A DNA stretch of 64,000 nt, taken from positions 17,050,001 through 17,114,000 of the forward strand of contig OX597832.1 of NCBI GenBank assembly GCA_951406725.2, in the 5' to 3' direction. Under the pieces are notes generated by a model. The model saw only the letters and a program-made list of their open reading frames with translations, was not told the origin of the DNA and did not search any database. A program made the position numbers and the translations under genes. This stretch comes from Octopus vulgaris. Lineage: Eukaryota. Of this stretch, positions 14,680-29,080 are shown in pieces; within the stretch, counting starts at the first letter, position 1; every line of letters begins with the position of its first letter.

Positions 14680-15193
14680 ACCGAATGCAATTTTTCAAAG
14701 TAAGACATTTAAAAAATATAGACCTGTATCACAGTGATTTCATACTTACGTATTCATCAGCAGGCCTGGATGTATCATACATAAACGACCCTGCCTCGCT
14801 TAAGCCGATCAGCTAACTGATCAACATCAACGAAGCACATGGGTGAGTTTACATATATTACATCCGGTAAATGGCGGACTTTTACGAATTGCATTTCGGG
14901 AAAGGAAAAGTTTTTTCGGAATAAAAATTTAGCAATTAAGGACAACTACTTAATAAGGAAAACTTAACAAGAAATTGTCAGGTAGATAGCGTGAAAACCT
15001 CATAAGAGAAAAAATTTCGAAAATAATTATTTCTTATTGAACATATTAATTTATATATAGAGGGCATTATACATACATGCCAGAGGGCATTATATATACA
15101 TGCCACACGCTAAGAGGGACAATTAGTCATTTCTACCAAAAATATTACTAATCCCACCGAATGCAATTTTTCAAAGTAAGACATTTATATAGA
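14530..15193 (-). mobile_element. Retrozyme/PLE terminal-repeat-like element, partial tandem repeat of a ~476-bp unit
   Basis: Direct repeats 14530-14630 = 14931-15030 and 14675-14711 = 15151-15187; HHR inside; flanked by (TA)n. Confidence 0.8.
14721..14766 (-). ncRNA. Intact type I hammerhead ribozyme
   Basis: GGCCTG-CTGATGA-ATAC GTAA GTAT-GAAA-TCAC T GTGA-TA-CAGGTC: all core nucleotides, three stems, AUA cleavage triplet. Confidence 0.9.
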
Positions 15194-15201
15194 TATTATA
15201 G

Positions 15202-15276
<75 letters not shown>

Positions 15277-16425
15277 TACTGATAAAATTTACAAGGGCCA
15301 GGGAAATGACTTTTGGGGAATATATATAAAGGTAATACACGATTTCATAGAGTTTGATTGAAAGTAAAAACGCATATTTAAACGATATATAGAAGAAATA
15401 TCATCAGCTTCAGCCCTCATCACAGCTAAGATTGTTTTATTTTTCAAGACGACAGCTATATTCATATTCAAACAACGAGATTTGTTTCTTTCTTTTTTAA
15501 TGCTTGTATTGAATATCCAGCATCTACTATAATATTACTCTTGTATTTTTCTCCGTCACAACATATGAATGAAACATGAAGGGGTGATTGATGAACAGGG
15601 AACGAAGACGTGGTGGCAAACTGGTGGGATGCTGAATATTCAAAGCTGAAAAGAAAACTCAAACAGCGTTTCAACTCTGTGTGAGTATACGTGTGTATAT
15701 GTGTATGCCTGTACAAGTGAAGTATGTGAATCTACGTGAACATTGCCAAGTGTATTGATTTGATTTACCATCCATAATTATATGTAAAATACTACATTTA
15801 GCCGTCATTTTAGACGACATGGGACCAGCTAGTAATTCTATAAAGCATTCAATTTGTGATGGAGTCGCACATTTCCAATGAGAATAACTGAACGTTAATT
15901 ATTAAATGTAATAAAAATAAAAACATTATGAATGCAGATCTTGTATTACGTAATTGTAAAGCTCAGCATGATAATAATTCCGACATTACCAAATATAGAT
16001 AGGTAACAAAAAATACTCATACACAATCATATACATATATAGGTATTCATTCCGGATATAAGATAGAAGGACCAGGGATAGGTTTTTTTGGGGGAATATA
16101 GAATATGATTCGAACCCACGGCTGCTATTGTTGTATGACTATTCGTCTCACACAACGGGATGACTCTCTCCTCTCTTTCCCTCGCCGAATCTCTTTTTTA
16201 TTTTTCTCTCTTTATATATGTATACACACATACGCATATATGTGTGTATGTGTGTGTGTGAGCATTTATATATATTTATATATATATGTATATATATATA
16301 TATATAAATAATAATGTATATATATATATATATACATACATACACACTCACACACACATATGCATATATATATATATGTATGTATCTACATACACACACA
16401 TATATATATACAAACATACACACAC

Positions 16426-16462
<37 letters not shown>

Positions 16463-16758
16463 GATGAAATGTACGTGAGTATTAGTATACCAATTTTGTA
16501 TGTGTCGTTATGTATGTGTGTATGTGTGTGTGTGCGTCTGCGTGTGTGTGCACATGTGAGTGTATGTGCGTCTGTGTGTGTGTGTGTGTGTGTGCATGTG
16601 TGCGGATGTTTCTGTCTGAATACACTGGCGACATACTTTTGAATTAGTCACATTCGATCCTCTTTAAGAGATTGGAATGTGACTAATACAAAAGGGAGAT
16701 AATCAACTTATATACACATACAGACGTGCACACACACGCACATATATATACATATATG

Positions 16759-16809
<51 letters not shown>

Positions 16810-16816
16810 ATGTATA

Positions 16817-16860
<44 letters not shown>

Positions 16861-17939
16861 TATATGCACACATATCCATATATATATACATATATACATG
16901 CATATACATATATATATATATATATATACGTATATACACATATATGCATACATATATTTGTTTGTCTGTATATACATATACATAAATGCACACGTGTGTG
17001 TGTGTGTGTGTGTGTGTTTATGTGTGTGTGTGTATCAGCCTCTAATAAGCACTCAGATAACTCACGCACAAACACGCACACACATACACACACATACAAC
17101 ACACACACACACACACATACAATCCTCACACACACACACACACACACATACGCACACGCTCGCACACACTCACAGGTAGGTAAATTTTAAGAAAGAGATA
17201 TTTAACTGCTTCCAATTTACTCAATTATATACGTGCTATTTTCTTGTGTTTGCTTAATTGTTTTGGTTTCACTTTCGTATAATTAGGATTTTTTCTTTGT
17301 TTTTTTTTTTCTTGTTTTGTATTCTTTTATACTTTCGAAATCTTTATTATCGTTTTGTTTGTTTTCACTTATTGTCATTAGTGTCTTGTCTATTGGTTTG
17401 TTATTTATTTATTATCTTTTTTTTTTTACTTTTTGTTTGAGAGTATTTCTGTGTGTATTTTCTTTCTTTTTTTTTTTTTTGTCTTTTATTTGCGAGGAGG
17501 GTACTTTCTTTAATTATCTTTCTTATGACGTTGTTATGAAACGGTAATTAGCTAGGTCATCGTCTTGGAGCGCAATGTCGCGCCGCTGCCTTCTTTAAAA
17601 GATGGTTGTTTGTTTCAAACCACCAACATAAGACCAGACCAGTAAAACAAAATCGCCTGTGTTCACTTGAGTGCCAAAAATAACAGCAGTCTCAGCAGAA
17701 GCAGAATTCCCTTCTATCATTCGTTTTACCGCTTAAAATAATAACGAAATGACACAAATTACATAACGAAGTGGGCAATGCTAAAAATATGAGGTGTTGA
17801 AAACTATAAGAGATTCTGATTCATAGAAGTGACTTAAAGGTGGACACAAGCAACAATAATTTTAAGGACTGCATGAAAACGTGTCTGCTATTACATAAAT
17901 GTTATCTAAATCATTATTGTTTATATTACGAATAAAATA

Positions 17940-18505
17940 TTAGATTGTCCGGAAAGTTCGTGCCGATTTTTAAAGGAAAGAATAAGGTCAATAAATACTT
18001 GCCATGGCATTTTTAATCAACCAAATATGAACCATTTTGTTGCACAATGTGTCTCCATCTTTCCTTTAACTTGAAAATAACCCTTTTCCCAGAATTGTGG
18101 TGGATTCATGGCAAAGAATTCATCAAGGTATCTTTTTACGTCATCCAAGGAATCGACATTTTTACCATTAAGACTATTCTGCAGAGACATGAATAAGTGG
18201 AAATCCGAAGGAACAATATCTGGTGAATATGTAGGGTGGAGTAACACATCCAAGCCGAGCTGCAGCTATTTTTGTCTTGTTCCCAAAGTATCAACAGCCG
18301 AAAATGAACTTTCTTATCTCTAATTTAAAGGGTTACAGAATTAACACAGGTTATAGGAACATAAACCTTCTTCCACGAAATTATAGCTTAAACTGTGCAC
18401 TAAATGAAGGTGTAGTCAAATCCTATTTTATGGACTCAATCATGCTCTAAAATAAGTCGAATGGTAAGCTACTATAAATCGGCACGAACTTTCCGGACAA
18501 CCCAA
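17940..18505 (-). mobile_element. Internally deleted mariner transposon
   Basis: ~30-bp TIRs TT.G.TTGTCCGGAAAGTTCGTGCCGATTT, TA target duplications, transposase C-terminal fragment HPTYSPDIVPSDFHLF (18017-18253). Confidence 0.95.
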
Positions 18506-18636
18506 TAGTTTTATTGATCATATATGCAGCTTCCTTTATACAACCAACACCTCTACGCATGTATGTACACACACACACATAGGGAGAGAGAGGGAGGGAG
18601 AGCTAGATACATCGATAGGTAGATGCATACACATGT

Positions 18637-18699
<63 letters not shown>

Positions 18700-18730
18700 G
18701 TTCAAATTTACAAGACCAAATGACAAAAGT

Positions 18731-19570
18731 TAGTGACGTTTTGAGCCTACAGTCTTCGATGGCATCAACATAGAGAGAAAAATCAAAGTCGGTGTCCACT
18801 ATACTGACCTCCATAAATTCATAATTTATGGGAAGCAAATTCTACCAATAATATTTAGCAACCCTGAATATAAAAACAAATAGCTTCTGTTACTGAGAAT
18901 TTTACGTTTCAGTTAACATTCTTAAGGAAGAGATATTTTCCTCTCTGTTTCGGAGACGGGAAACAGTTAACGAGTAATTTCAGCTTACTTTTTCATATTC
19001 AAACAGATACTGACAATTTCACAAATAGTAAGAGCTTAAAACAGGACATGTCAAAATAAGAGTATTTTAAACTATTTTAAGAGGCTGGTGACATCAATTT
19101 GAATGACAAAGAATCTACTGATTTCTTTTACCTATTGTACATTATATACTCTAAATTTATTAAAATTTTCCTTCGCATATAATTCAAAAGGACATAACGG
19201 GAAAAATTGGATAATGAAATAATTCACTCACAATGTGGTCTAGGTCTGCTGCTAAGTACTCTTAGCAGTAGATTCTGAATATAACAGCAATTTTCCTGTC
19301 TGCTCATGTTTTGAAGATGCGCCAAACTAATTTCTAAGCTGATAAATCTACTCATTCGCTGCATCTAGGAATTATCAATTCTGCTGTATATGTTCGTGCT
19401 TTAGACATTAAATATAGTCTTGTATGTGGAATTGTTTCCAAGAATAAACTGATTCTTAAGATTTGTTCTGCCAGCCCCAAATTATTTTGTGATCTGAGTG
19501 TTTTGATATATGAACAATATCTTTGTTGTTTATGCATTGTATACTGTTTTAATATATTACATTGTTTTGA
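18731..19570 (-). mobile_element. Possible heavily decayed Penelope-like fragment with HHR vestige (18731-18765)
   Basis: GAAGACTGTAGGCTCAAAACGTC resembles the family-F HHR; weak PLE-like peptides upstream. Confidence 0.4.
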
Positions 19571-20740
19571 TAAACACATTAAAAATCAGTATATTTTCTG
19601 CTTAAAACCGCATAGTGTTTCGCATTAGAATCTATTTTTTCTTTAAAGCTGTTTGCTTCATATCGAACGCAGACATCAACGACATATCTCCTCTGCCCTC
19701 GACACTGGACTGTCTTTTCTGCTTTTCTCCACTTATATTTCTGAGTTTTCAGTATCATTCATCGCCCTTGGATTTCCGTCCTCACTTGTGCTTTAGGCTT
19801 ATTTTTCCCTGAAAGGCGGCCTTCCTTTCCCAGGTCATATTAGCTTTCAATTGCCATCAATGCTTCTATAATTTTGCTTTCTCTACATTTTTTTTTTACC
19901 TCCGGGAAGGAGTTGTCCATTAGTGTAACCACGATCCTTTGCTCTGTCCGGGGCTCGCATTTCACTAACACAGTTCTTGGTGTCACTGAAGTACACAACC
20001 CAGCACACCGCCACAAGGACTGAATCTTTTGATGAAATTAGGATCTGTTGCAACTGTAATTATTATTATAAAATGTACGAAATTATCAGTTGTTCAGTGC
20101 ATGAAAATTATCCCTTATTAGCATTTCCGGTGAACGTTGCAGTAAGAATAAGTCATCTTACGTATATTCCATCTTACTTGGTGCTTCTTTTGCATTCTTT
20201 CACGCTCTGATCAAATCTTCCTGCCTTCATATTGGCTTAAATCATAAAGCTATCGTCGAAAGGGATCAAAATGCTTTGGGGGATAATGCATATTGATGTC
20301 TATGTACAGCAGCAACGTTTATTAAATTTGGAGAGCATGTCACCTGCGAATTTCTTCGCTCCTTGGTTGTTGAGAAATATGAATTTTAGAAGACACGACG
20401 ATCAATCATAGCACTCGGTCAACTCATTGGTGACATGCTATGTAGTCTTTTATCAACTCCGTTATCTTAAAAGTATCAAGAATCCCTCCTTCCAATAAGT
20501 GTGTGTGTGTGTGTGTGTGTGTGTATGCGCGTTTGCACATTCCGTGCAATTTTCTATATGATTTAACTAAACATTTTTATGCTAAACATAAAAGAATTTT
20601 TCAAACATCCATCTCCCTACATATGTATATGTGAATGCAGGTGTATCCATAAATATATGTGTGAATGCATAATGGCACGAACATGTGTAAGTGTGTGTGT
20701 GTATGTATACGTACGTACATATGCATGTATTTATATAGAT

Positions 20741-20799
<59 letters not shown>

Positions 20800-20928
20800 T
20801 AGATAGATAGATAGATTGGTGGCTGGAGGGAGGGATGGATGGAGGGATGGATAGATAGATAATAGAGAGATAGATAGATGGGGAGAGAGAGATATATATA
20901 TACATTCATATATATATATATAAATATA

Positions 20929-21345
20929 TGAAGTATATTTGCCACTTAAATGTGGCTAACCCTTAAGGGTGGATGCTACTGTAGCATGTAGCCCCAGGAG
21001 AACATCTTCCGCAGCTGGCTATTGACACACTTTCTGTGCCCTATCAGTATTTGCAAAAGGAAGCACGGATCCGGGTTTCTGGGTATTTACCCATCGTCAG
21101 CGCACGACAATTACCGTTCTTCGATGCGAAGGGTCCCAATTCAAATACATATATCCTTTTTACAGTGACGAAAAGTCACTGATGGGAAGGATCGACGATG
21201 AGAAGGATGGCTTCCCTTTGCAAATACTGATAGGGCACAGAAAGTGTGTCAATAGCCAGCTGGAGCAGATGTTCTCCTGAGGCTACAAGCTACGATAGCA
21301 TCTACCCTTAGTGGTTAGCCACATTTAAGTGGCAAATATACTTCA
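20929..21345. mobile_element. Foldback element with ~136-bp inverted arms (20929-21064 / 21210-21345) and an HHR in the spacer
   Basis: Arms TGAAGTATATTTGCCACTTAAATGTGGCTAACC... are reverse complements. Confidence 0.9.
21063..21105 (-). ncRNA. Type I hammerhead ribozyme
   Basis: GTGCG-CTGACGA-TGGGTA AA TACCCA-GAAA-CCCGGA-TC-CGTGC; intact core, near-palindromic stem III. Confidence 0.85.
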
Positions 21346-21454
21346 CATTGTCGTGCATTTACAGTTTATACCACGTTCGGAGATTTATTTTATATATATA
21401 TATATATAAGGCTGTGCTCCAGCATGACTGAAGCAAATAAAAGAATATATATAC

Positions 21455-21800
21455 TCTTATTAATCACCATTTCAAAGCATCGTCTATTGAATGTCTTTCC
21501 ACTGTTAGACATATTTCTTCAATTTCATATTCTGTGTCTCATGTGATGTTGATACAGATTTAAGTACAACGATCGCACGCTTTGTATAGAAAAATTGATC
21601 TCTGTCCTTAATTGACGTTGAAATTTTCCATAGCAAAGAAAATTTGTTTCGGTCTTCACACAAGTATTGAAGAATCAAGAGTCAAATAATTGGTGTAGAG
21701 TGAAACCCTGAAAGTTCGCTCTCAGCGATATGGTTTTTGTACTATTAGAATACTGATGTACGTCGCTTCCAAGCTGTCTTGAAATATTCATTTCTTATAG
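21455..21800 (-). mobile_element. Possible decayed mariner 3' remnant
   Basis: Minus strand IEEICLTVER / QWKDIQ..NGD-like traces; many lesions. Confidence 0.3.
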
Positions 21801-22212
21801 ATGATATCATCATACCTAGCATTATAATTCAGTTCAAAATAATTATAATTCTCACAGGAATATAAACCTGCCTGAGAAATACTTACATATTTACTTCAGA
21901 GGTCAGTCAGGACATAAATGTTCTTCGTTTCACCACTAAATATACACGTTTCGTTTTGCATAATTTTATTCCAATGTCTGGGGGAATGTTAGATACTAAA
22001 ACTGAATACGCTTTATGCTGTGGTCAATATTTATCACATAAAACATCATGTCGTATACAAAGATCAAACATGTTTCTAGTTTGAGGGTGTCCATTTTCAT
22101 AACCAGTTTTATTTTGCGTAAACGTGTGATAACGAATAACGAAAATATAATTTAACGAGTGGACGAAGTGCAATACAGCCAACCTATTAATGTGCAGCAT
22201 ATAAGTACGCAC

Positions 22213-22377
22213 TTATGTACGTATGTATGTATGCATGCATGTATGTATGTATGTATGTATGTATGTATGTTTGTATATATGTATGTGTGTATATATGTAT
22301 GTATGTAAGTATATATATATGTATGTATGTATGTATGTTTGTATGTATGTATGTGTGTATGTATGTTTGTATGTGTG

Positions 22378-22408
<31 letters not shown>

Positions 22409-22650
22409 ATATGTATGTATATAGGTATGTATGTATGTTTGAATGTATGTATGTATGTTTGTATGTATGTATGTATGTATATATGTATGAATGTATGTAT
22501 GTATGTAAGTATATATATGTATGTATGTATGTATGTTTGTATGTATGTATGTGTGTATGTATGTATGTATGTATGTATGTTTGTATATATGTATGTATGT
22601 ATATATGTTTGTATATAAGTGTATATATATGTATGTATGTATGTATGTAT
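22213..22650. repeat. (TATG)n microsatellite
   Basis: Directly visible. Confidence 0.95.
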
Positions 22651-22942
22651 GAATCTGAGTGTCTGTGTTTTGTGTCTATCTTTGTGCGAACGAAGCTTCT
22701 CTTCCGCTTTCACTTTTATAAACACAAGCACATTTTCTGTAAGTTCTATATATTCCGACATAAAGAGAGCGTGGCTTTGGTGTAATAGGTGTAAACCCAT
22801 TTACAGGAAGGCCTGCAAGGAAGAGATTAATAGGTGGCGATGCTCTCCATAATACTGCATATTGTCTACAGCAATATTATACTACACTTAAATCAAACAC
22901 GTGATTTGTATACATACGCACATACACACATATGAATGTAAG

Positions 22943-22994
<52 letters not shown>

Positions 22995-23778
22995 TGTATG
23001 TATGTATGTATGTTTGTATGCATGCATGTATGCATACATACACTTATGTTCGTATGTGTATATTTATATATACGAATATTATATACGTATATATCTATAT
23101 ATATATACACACATATATATTCATAAGTGTACGTATGCATGAATATGCATAAGTATATTTATAATACATACATGTGTGTATCTATATTATATATATATAT
23201 ATATGCATACATATACACATACACATGCAAATATATACGCACAACACTTATATATGTGTATGTGTGTGTAGATATGTTCGCATATGTATATGCATGTATG
23301 CATGTATGTATGTTGGTATATATATATATACATACATTCATATGTATATAAATACACACACGTATCTATATGTGTGTATGTATGTATGTAAGCCTATATG
23401 TATACATATATGTCTGTATGTAAGTGTACTTGTGTGTACTTATGTAAATATATATTTCTCCATATGCATTCATAAATGCTTCGTTCGCTGTAACAAAGTA
23501 AGCGGAAATTTTGCAAATGTTACACAGGAAATCCATATGAAAGTTGTCAAGTAACTGGATTTAGTTTTCGTATTGTAATACAATTCCCTGCGCAATAATA
23601 CAACCTCAGAAGATCAATCATTTTGTAGATATTAACAATGCTATTCGATGATTACTTGAATGGCTTAGCATTTTCGCGAAGGCAAACAAAATAATGCTAC
23701 GTGGCGTTTCTGTTTATAAGGAATACGACACAAGTGAAGATACCAAACGTTCTGTCTTGTCGTCCTTCTACGAGCATT

Positions 23779-24190
23779 CTTTGTTCTTTTATTCTTTTAT
23801 ATTTGTTTCAGTCATTTGACTGCGGCTATGCTGGAGCACTGCCTTTAGTCGAGCAAATCGGAACCCAGGACTTGTTCTTTGTAAGCCTAGTACTTATTCT
23901 ATCGGTCTCTCTTGCCGAACCGCTAATGTGACGAGAACGTAAACACACCAGCATTTGTTTTCAAGCGATTTGGGGGGGGGGGCAAATACAGATGTACAAT
24001 CATATACATACACATATATACATATATACGACGGGCTTCTTTCAATTTCCGTCTACCAAATCCACTCAGAAGGCTTTGGTCAGCCCGAGGCTATATCAGA
24101 AGAAACTTGCCCAAGGTGCCACGCAGTGGGACTGAACCTGGAACCATGTGGTTGGTAAAAAGCTACTTACCACACAGCCACTCCTGCACC
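23779..24190 (-). mobile_element. tRNA-derived SINE family B
   Basis: Reverse complement of GGCGCAGGAGTGGCTGTGTGGTAAG...GGTTCAGTCCCACTGCGTGGCA...AAATGACTGAAACAA(TAAAAGAA)n. Confidence 0.9.
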
Positions 24191-24394
24191 ATGGTTAACA
24201 GCATTGAAATTGTTTTGTTTCTTCCTATTTTTTTAAAGTTGCCATCGTCGTTGTCTTCATTTTTATCTTTGTCTTTTTTTGTTTGTTTTCGTTGGTGGCA
24301 GTTCTGTCGACCTTGGTGCAATTTGAACTCAGAGCGTAAATACAGTCGAATTACCGCTATGCATTTCGTCCGACGTCCTAAGACCATTATCTTG

Positions 24395-24525
24395 AGTGTG
24401 TGCCGCCCGGGGCGACCCTTCCATTTGCAGCCCCGGTACCTTAAAAAAAAAACAACACAAATTGCCTACAGCAGACCCAAAAGTGCCACCCCTTTAAAAC
24501 TGCCGCTTCCCTAGCTACGCTGGTG
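24395..24525. mobile_element. Possible hAT-like MITE remnant
   Basis: GC-rich TGCCGCCC motifs, ending CCCTAGCTACGCTGGTG. Confidence 0.35.
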
Positions 24526-24739
24526 TTAAAACTACAGTATTTATTGTGCCATGTGCTCGTAAGAGACATCCCAATTCTCCTGTTATTTCTTCTTAGTCGA
24601 AAGATCCTTTAAGATTTTCATGTGTTTGTTGATATTTTATCAACGTCTAAATGGTTAAGCATCTTCATTTTCCTTCTAACGACAAATTACCTCCAAGTCT
24701 TTCGCTGCAGCGATCAGAAAATTGAGATTTTTTTAAAGT

Positions 24740-25030
24740 CGAGTACTTATTCTTTTGTCGGTATCTTTTGTCGAACCGCTAATTTACGAGGACATAAGCA
24801 AACCAGCACCTGTTGTCAAGCGGTATAAGAGAGGGATAGCCTCCCTCGTATATATTTATATATATACGAAGAGTTTCTTTCAGTTTCCGTCTACCAAATC
24901 CACTGACAAGGCTTTGATCAGCTCGAGGCTATAGTAGAAGGCACTTGCCCGAGTTGGCACGCAGTGGGACTGAACCCGGAAATATGTAATTCGGAAACCA
25001 ACTTCTTACCACAAAGCCACGCTTACGCTT
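24740..25030 (-). mobile_element. SINE family B (degenerate)
   Basis: Homology to 23779-24190. Confidence 0.85.
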
Positions 25031-25526
25031 ATATCACTTTTTGTTTTTGTTGGTTTATTTTGTTTGTTTTGCTTTTCTTAAATTAAACTTGATGTAATAT
25101 ATTTATGTTTTCCCAATGTTTCATGAGCGATCGTGATCCCTAGGGAATTTACTGTTGAGGCCGATATCGTAAGCACAACCGCTGCTGAGCAAATCTATAT
25201 ACAAAATGTGGACGCATGGACAAGAAATTAGTGTTAAAACCGGATTAAGGAGAAAAGCCCATATTAACAAAATCGAGAACATTTACTAAATATATACATA
25301 CCGTAATGTTTTCTGAATTTTTGTATGCCTTTAAAAGTATATAACCCGGCGCATTCAGTTTTGTCGCTTTGTGCTTTTCAGATTTTCTATTTGTACAATA
25401 AAATGGCTCCCAGTTTATAAGACCAACACAGATACGATCCAGTTATTGCAGGTCTTTCATTGAATATTTAAGACATATGCTTAATTCCACGACTTTCAGA
25501 TAACCTAGTTAATGAGAAAAGGGTTC

Positions 25527-25729
25527 TACAAGGGTGAGCTGAAAAGTTTTGGGCTTTCGGTAAATGAAAATACAGGTGCATCAGTTAATTATGATTTTAT
25601 TCGACGTATTCCCCTCTCAGACACACACATTTTTTGCAGTGGCTCTTTGCAAATGAACTCAGAAGGCTGGGCCTCCAACTAGGTCCTTCGCGTTACCTTT
25701 AAAGCCAGGACTTTTCAGCATCCTTCGTA
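25527..25729. mobile_element. Mariner-type MITE
   Basis: Imperfect TIRs TACAAGGGTGAGCTGAAAAGTTTTGGGCTTT / AAAGCCAGGACTTTTCAGCATCCTTCGTA with TA ends. Confidence 0.75.
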
Positions 25730-26249
25730 TATCATTCGCGAATAATGATTATTGAGATACACCAAAGCCGAGCTTGGAGTTTTACAGTAGATATCGCTGT
25801 TAAACAGTCAAGGTCGATACCCCAAAAATGTTGACTAAGCAGTGGACTTTATTAAACATCTCCTAGTTCATACTACATGAGTTTAGATTTGTCTTTTTTT
25901 TTTCTCCAGCTTTCCTTCATAGCATTCAGTATCTGGTTACTCACAACAAGATTTGCAATGGAAAGTTATTGGTGTGTCTAAGATAAAATGAGAATTTGAT
26001 TGTACATTTAATGGAATCAATATCGGAATTTAGCGATTCTTCTGAAGAGCCGTTTGCCATCTTGAGCCAAGCAGTGTAAGTTGTAATTAGCTCAAAGATT
26101 GTCAGCAATAGCACCATTTTATATTGCTTAATTGGCCGTTTCTCTTAACGTTTTTCATCAAAGAAGCAATGCCTTCGTGGCAGCTTGTCCGAAATTGAAA
26201 GGAAAAACGTGGATACGTTTTCGATAAGATTGATCTATGCTGTGTTCTT

Positions 26250-26250
26250 G

Positions 26251-26299
<49 letters not shown>

Positions 26300-26315
26300 C
26301 ATTATCATCATCATC

Positions 26316-26349
<34 letters not shown>

Positions 26350-26355
26350 TTATTA

Positions 26356-26407
<52 letters not shown>

Positions 26408-26412
26408 CATCA

Positions 26413-26479
<67 letters not shown>

Positions 26480-26483
26480 CATT

Positions 26484-26529
<46 letters not shown>

Positions 26530-26554
26530 GTGGAGGTAGTGATGGTGGCGCTGC

Positions 26555-26586
<32 letters not shown>

Positions 26587-27896
26587 TTGCTACTCTGCTT
26601 GTTTTTGTTATCGATATCATTGTTGCTGATGTTGTTGTTATTGAATTCCTGCTAGAGTTACGGTAGATGTTTACAGTTATTGCCGCAGCTGTTGATTTAT
26701 CTTTCTCCGCCTCCCTCCCTTCCTCCTGCACCTGCTACTCCTACTCCTCTACTTCATCATCATCTTCTTCTTCTTCTTCTCCTTCTTCTCCTTCTTCTTC
26801 TTCTCCTTCTTCTTCATCTTCTCCTTCTTCTCCTTCATCTCCTTCTCCTTCTTCTTCATCTTCTCCTTCTTCTCCTTCTTCTTCTTCTTCTTCTTCTTCT
26901 CCTTCTTCTTCTTCTTCTTCTTCTTCTTCTTGTTCTTCTTCTCCTCGTCCTTCTCCTTCTTCTTCTTATTATTATTCTCCTTCTTCTCCTTCTTCTTCTT
27001 CTTCTTCTTCTTCTCCTTCTTCTCCTTCTTCTCCTTCTCCTTCTTCTCCTTCTTCTTCTTCTTCTTCTTCTCCTCCTTCTTCTCCTTCTTCTTCCTCTTC
27101 TCCTTCTTCTCCTTCTCCTTCTTCTCCTCCTTCTTCTCCTTCTTCTTCTTCTTCTCCTCCTTCTTCTCCTTCTTCTTCTTCTTCTTCTTCTCCTTCTCCT
27201 TCTTCTTCTTCTTCTTCTTCATCTTCTTCTTCATCTTCTTCTTCTTCTTCTTCTCCTCCTCCTCCTTCTTCTTCTTCTTCTTCTTCTCCTCCTTCTACCT
27301 CCTCCTCCTCCCCCTCCTATTAATTTTTCTCCCTGTCTGAAGCTAGTGTTGATGGTCGATACTGTTTTTTTGTTTTGTTGGTGTTATTGTTGTTATCGAT
27401 TGTGTTCGATAATGCTGTCGGTGCTCACGTCCTTCTTCTTCTCCTTCTTGCTACAGCCACTGATGTTGGTGTTGTTGTTGCTGCTGCAGAAATCTTTGTT
27501 ATCGCCCTTGCTGATGCTGCAGTTGTTGTTGCTGCTGTCATAGTTGATGCTGCTGGTCTTCTGGGACTCGTTGGTGTTGTTTTGTCGCTGTTATTGTTAT
27601 GTTGTTGTTGCCGATGTTGGTGATGTAGCTGCTACTGGTGATGATGATGATGATGATGATGATCCTTCAGTTGTTGGTACTGGTGTCATAGCTTTTCCTG
27701 CTGGTACTTGTCCACTTGTTGGTGTTGTTTTTGGTGTTGTTGTTCTCGTTGCTTCGTCTTTTAATGTTTTTATTGTTGTTGGTGTTGGTGGCGTTTTTTG
27801 CTTTTGTTGTTGTTGTTGTCATTGTTTTTGTTGCTGGTGGTGGTGCTGCCGCTGTTGATGTTGCTGCTATTGTCATTGTTGTTGTTGCTACTGCTG

Positions 27897-27958
<62 letters not shown>

Positions 27959-28002
27959 ATTATTATTATTATTATCATATATCCTTATTATTATTATTAT
28001 TA

Positions 28003-28057
<55 letters not shown>

Positions 28058-28121
28058 CATATATCATTATTGTTATTATTATTATTATCATTATTATTAT
28101 TATTATTATCATATATCATTA

Positions 28122-28171
<50 letters not shown>

Positions 28172-28709
28172 ATTATTATTATTATCATATATCATTATTG
28201 TTATTATTATTATTATTATTATCATATATCATTATTGTTATTATTATTGTTGTTGCTGTTGATGTTGACGCTGTTGTTGTTGATGTATTGGTGCTGATGT
28301 TGTTTGTGTTGGTGCTGATGTTGTTTTTGTTGTTGTTGTTGTTGTTGTTGAGATTTAGGCCAACTCTTGTAAAGTAGATCCAAACGATTAAAGGATTTCC
28401 AACGATTAGCGTCCAGTCCTATTCTCTAGAAAAATTGCTTCTAGCTTAAATTGCTAATTGTCTTATCCCTATCTCAAAGAGAGTAGTGTGTAATCTGTGG
28501 AAAATTTGGGTGCTATTTCTGGCAGGTCGATCGAATAGTCGCGGAGATGATGGGTGAGTGGTAGTTGCAGTGGTGGTGCGGTGGTGATGATTGTGGTGAT
28601 GATTGTGGTGGTGGTGGATGTGGTAATGATCACGACGCTGAGAACGATGACAGCGACGATGACGACGACGAAGACGATGATGATGCTGATAATGAGGATG
28701 GTGATGACG

Positions 28710-28741
<32 letters not shown>

Positions 28742-28750
28742 GATGATCAT

Positions 28751-28791
<41 letters not shown>

Positions 28792-28999
28792 GATCATGAT
28801 GATGGTGGTGATGATGATGATGATGATGTTAATGACAATGACGTCGATGATGAGGATGATGATGAGGAGGAGGGAGAGGAGGAGAGAGAGGGGTGGGAGA
28901 GGAGAAAGGAGAGGAGGTAGGAGAGGAGAAAGGAGAGGAGAAGTGAGAGGAGGAGGGAGAGGAGGAAGACGATGATGATGTTGAGGATGATGATGATGT

Positions 29000-29034
<35 letters not shown>

Positions 29035-29080
29035 TGGTGATGTTGTTGGTGTTGTTGTTGTTGTTTTTGTTGTTGCTGCT
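26250..29080. repeat. Large compound trinucleotide region: (TTA)n, (CTG)n, (TCT/CCT)n, (TTG)n, (GAT)n
   Basis: Directly visible. Confidence 0.95.

Noticed and set aside
15468-15716. Minus-strand exon or ORF with a TTTTCTTTTCAG acceptor
   Set aside because: No recognisable protein and no partner exons; cannot be supported.
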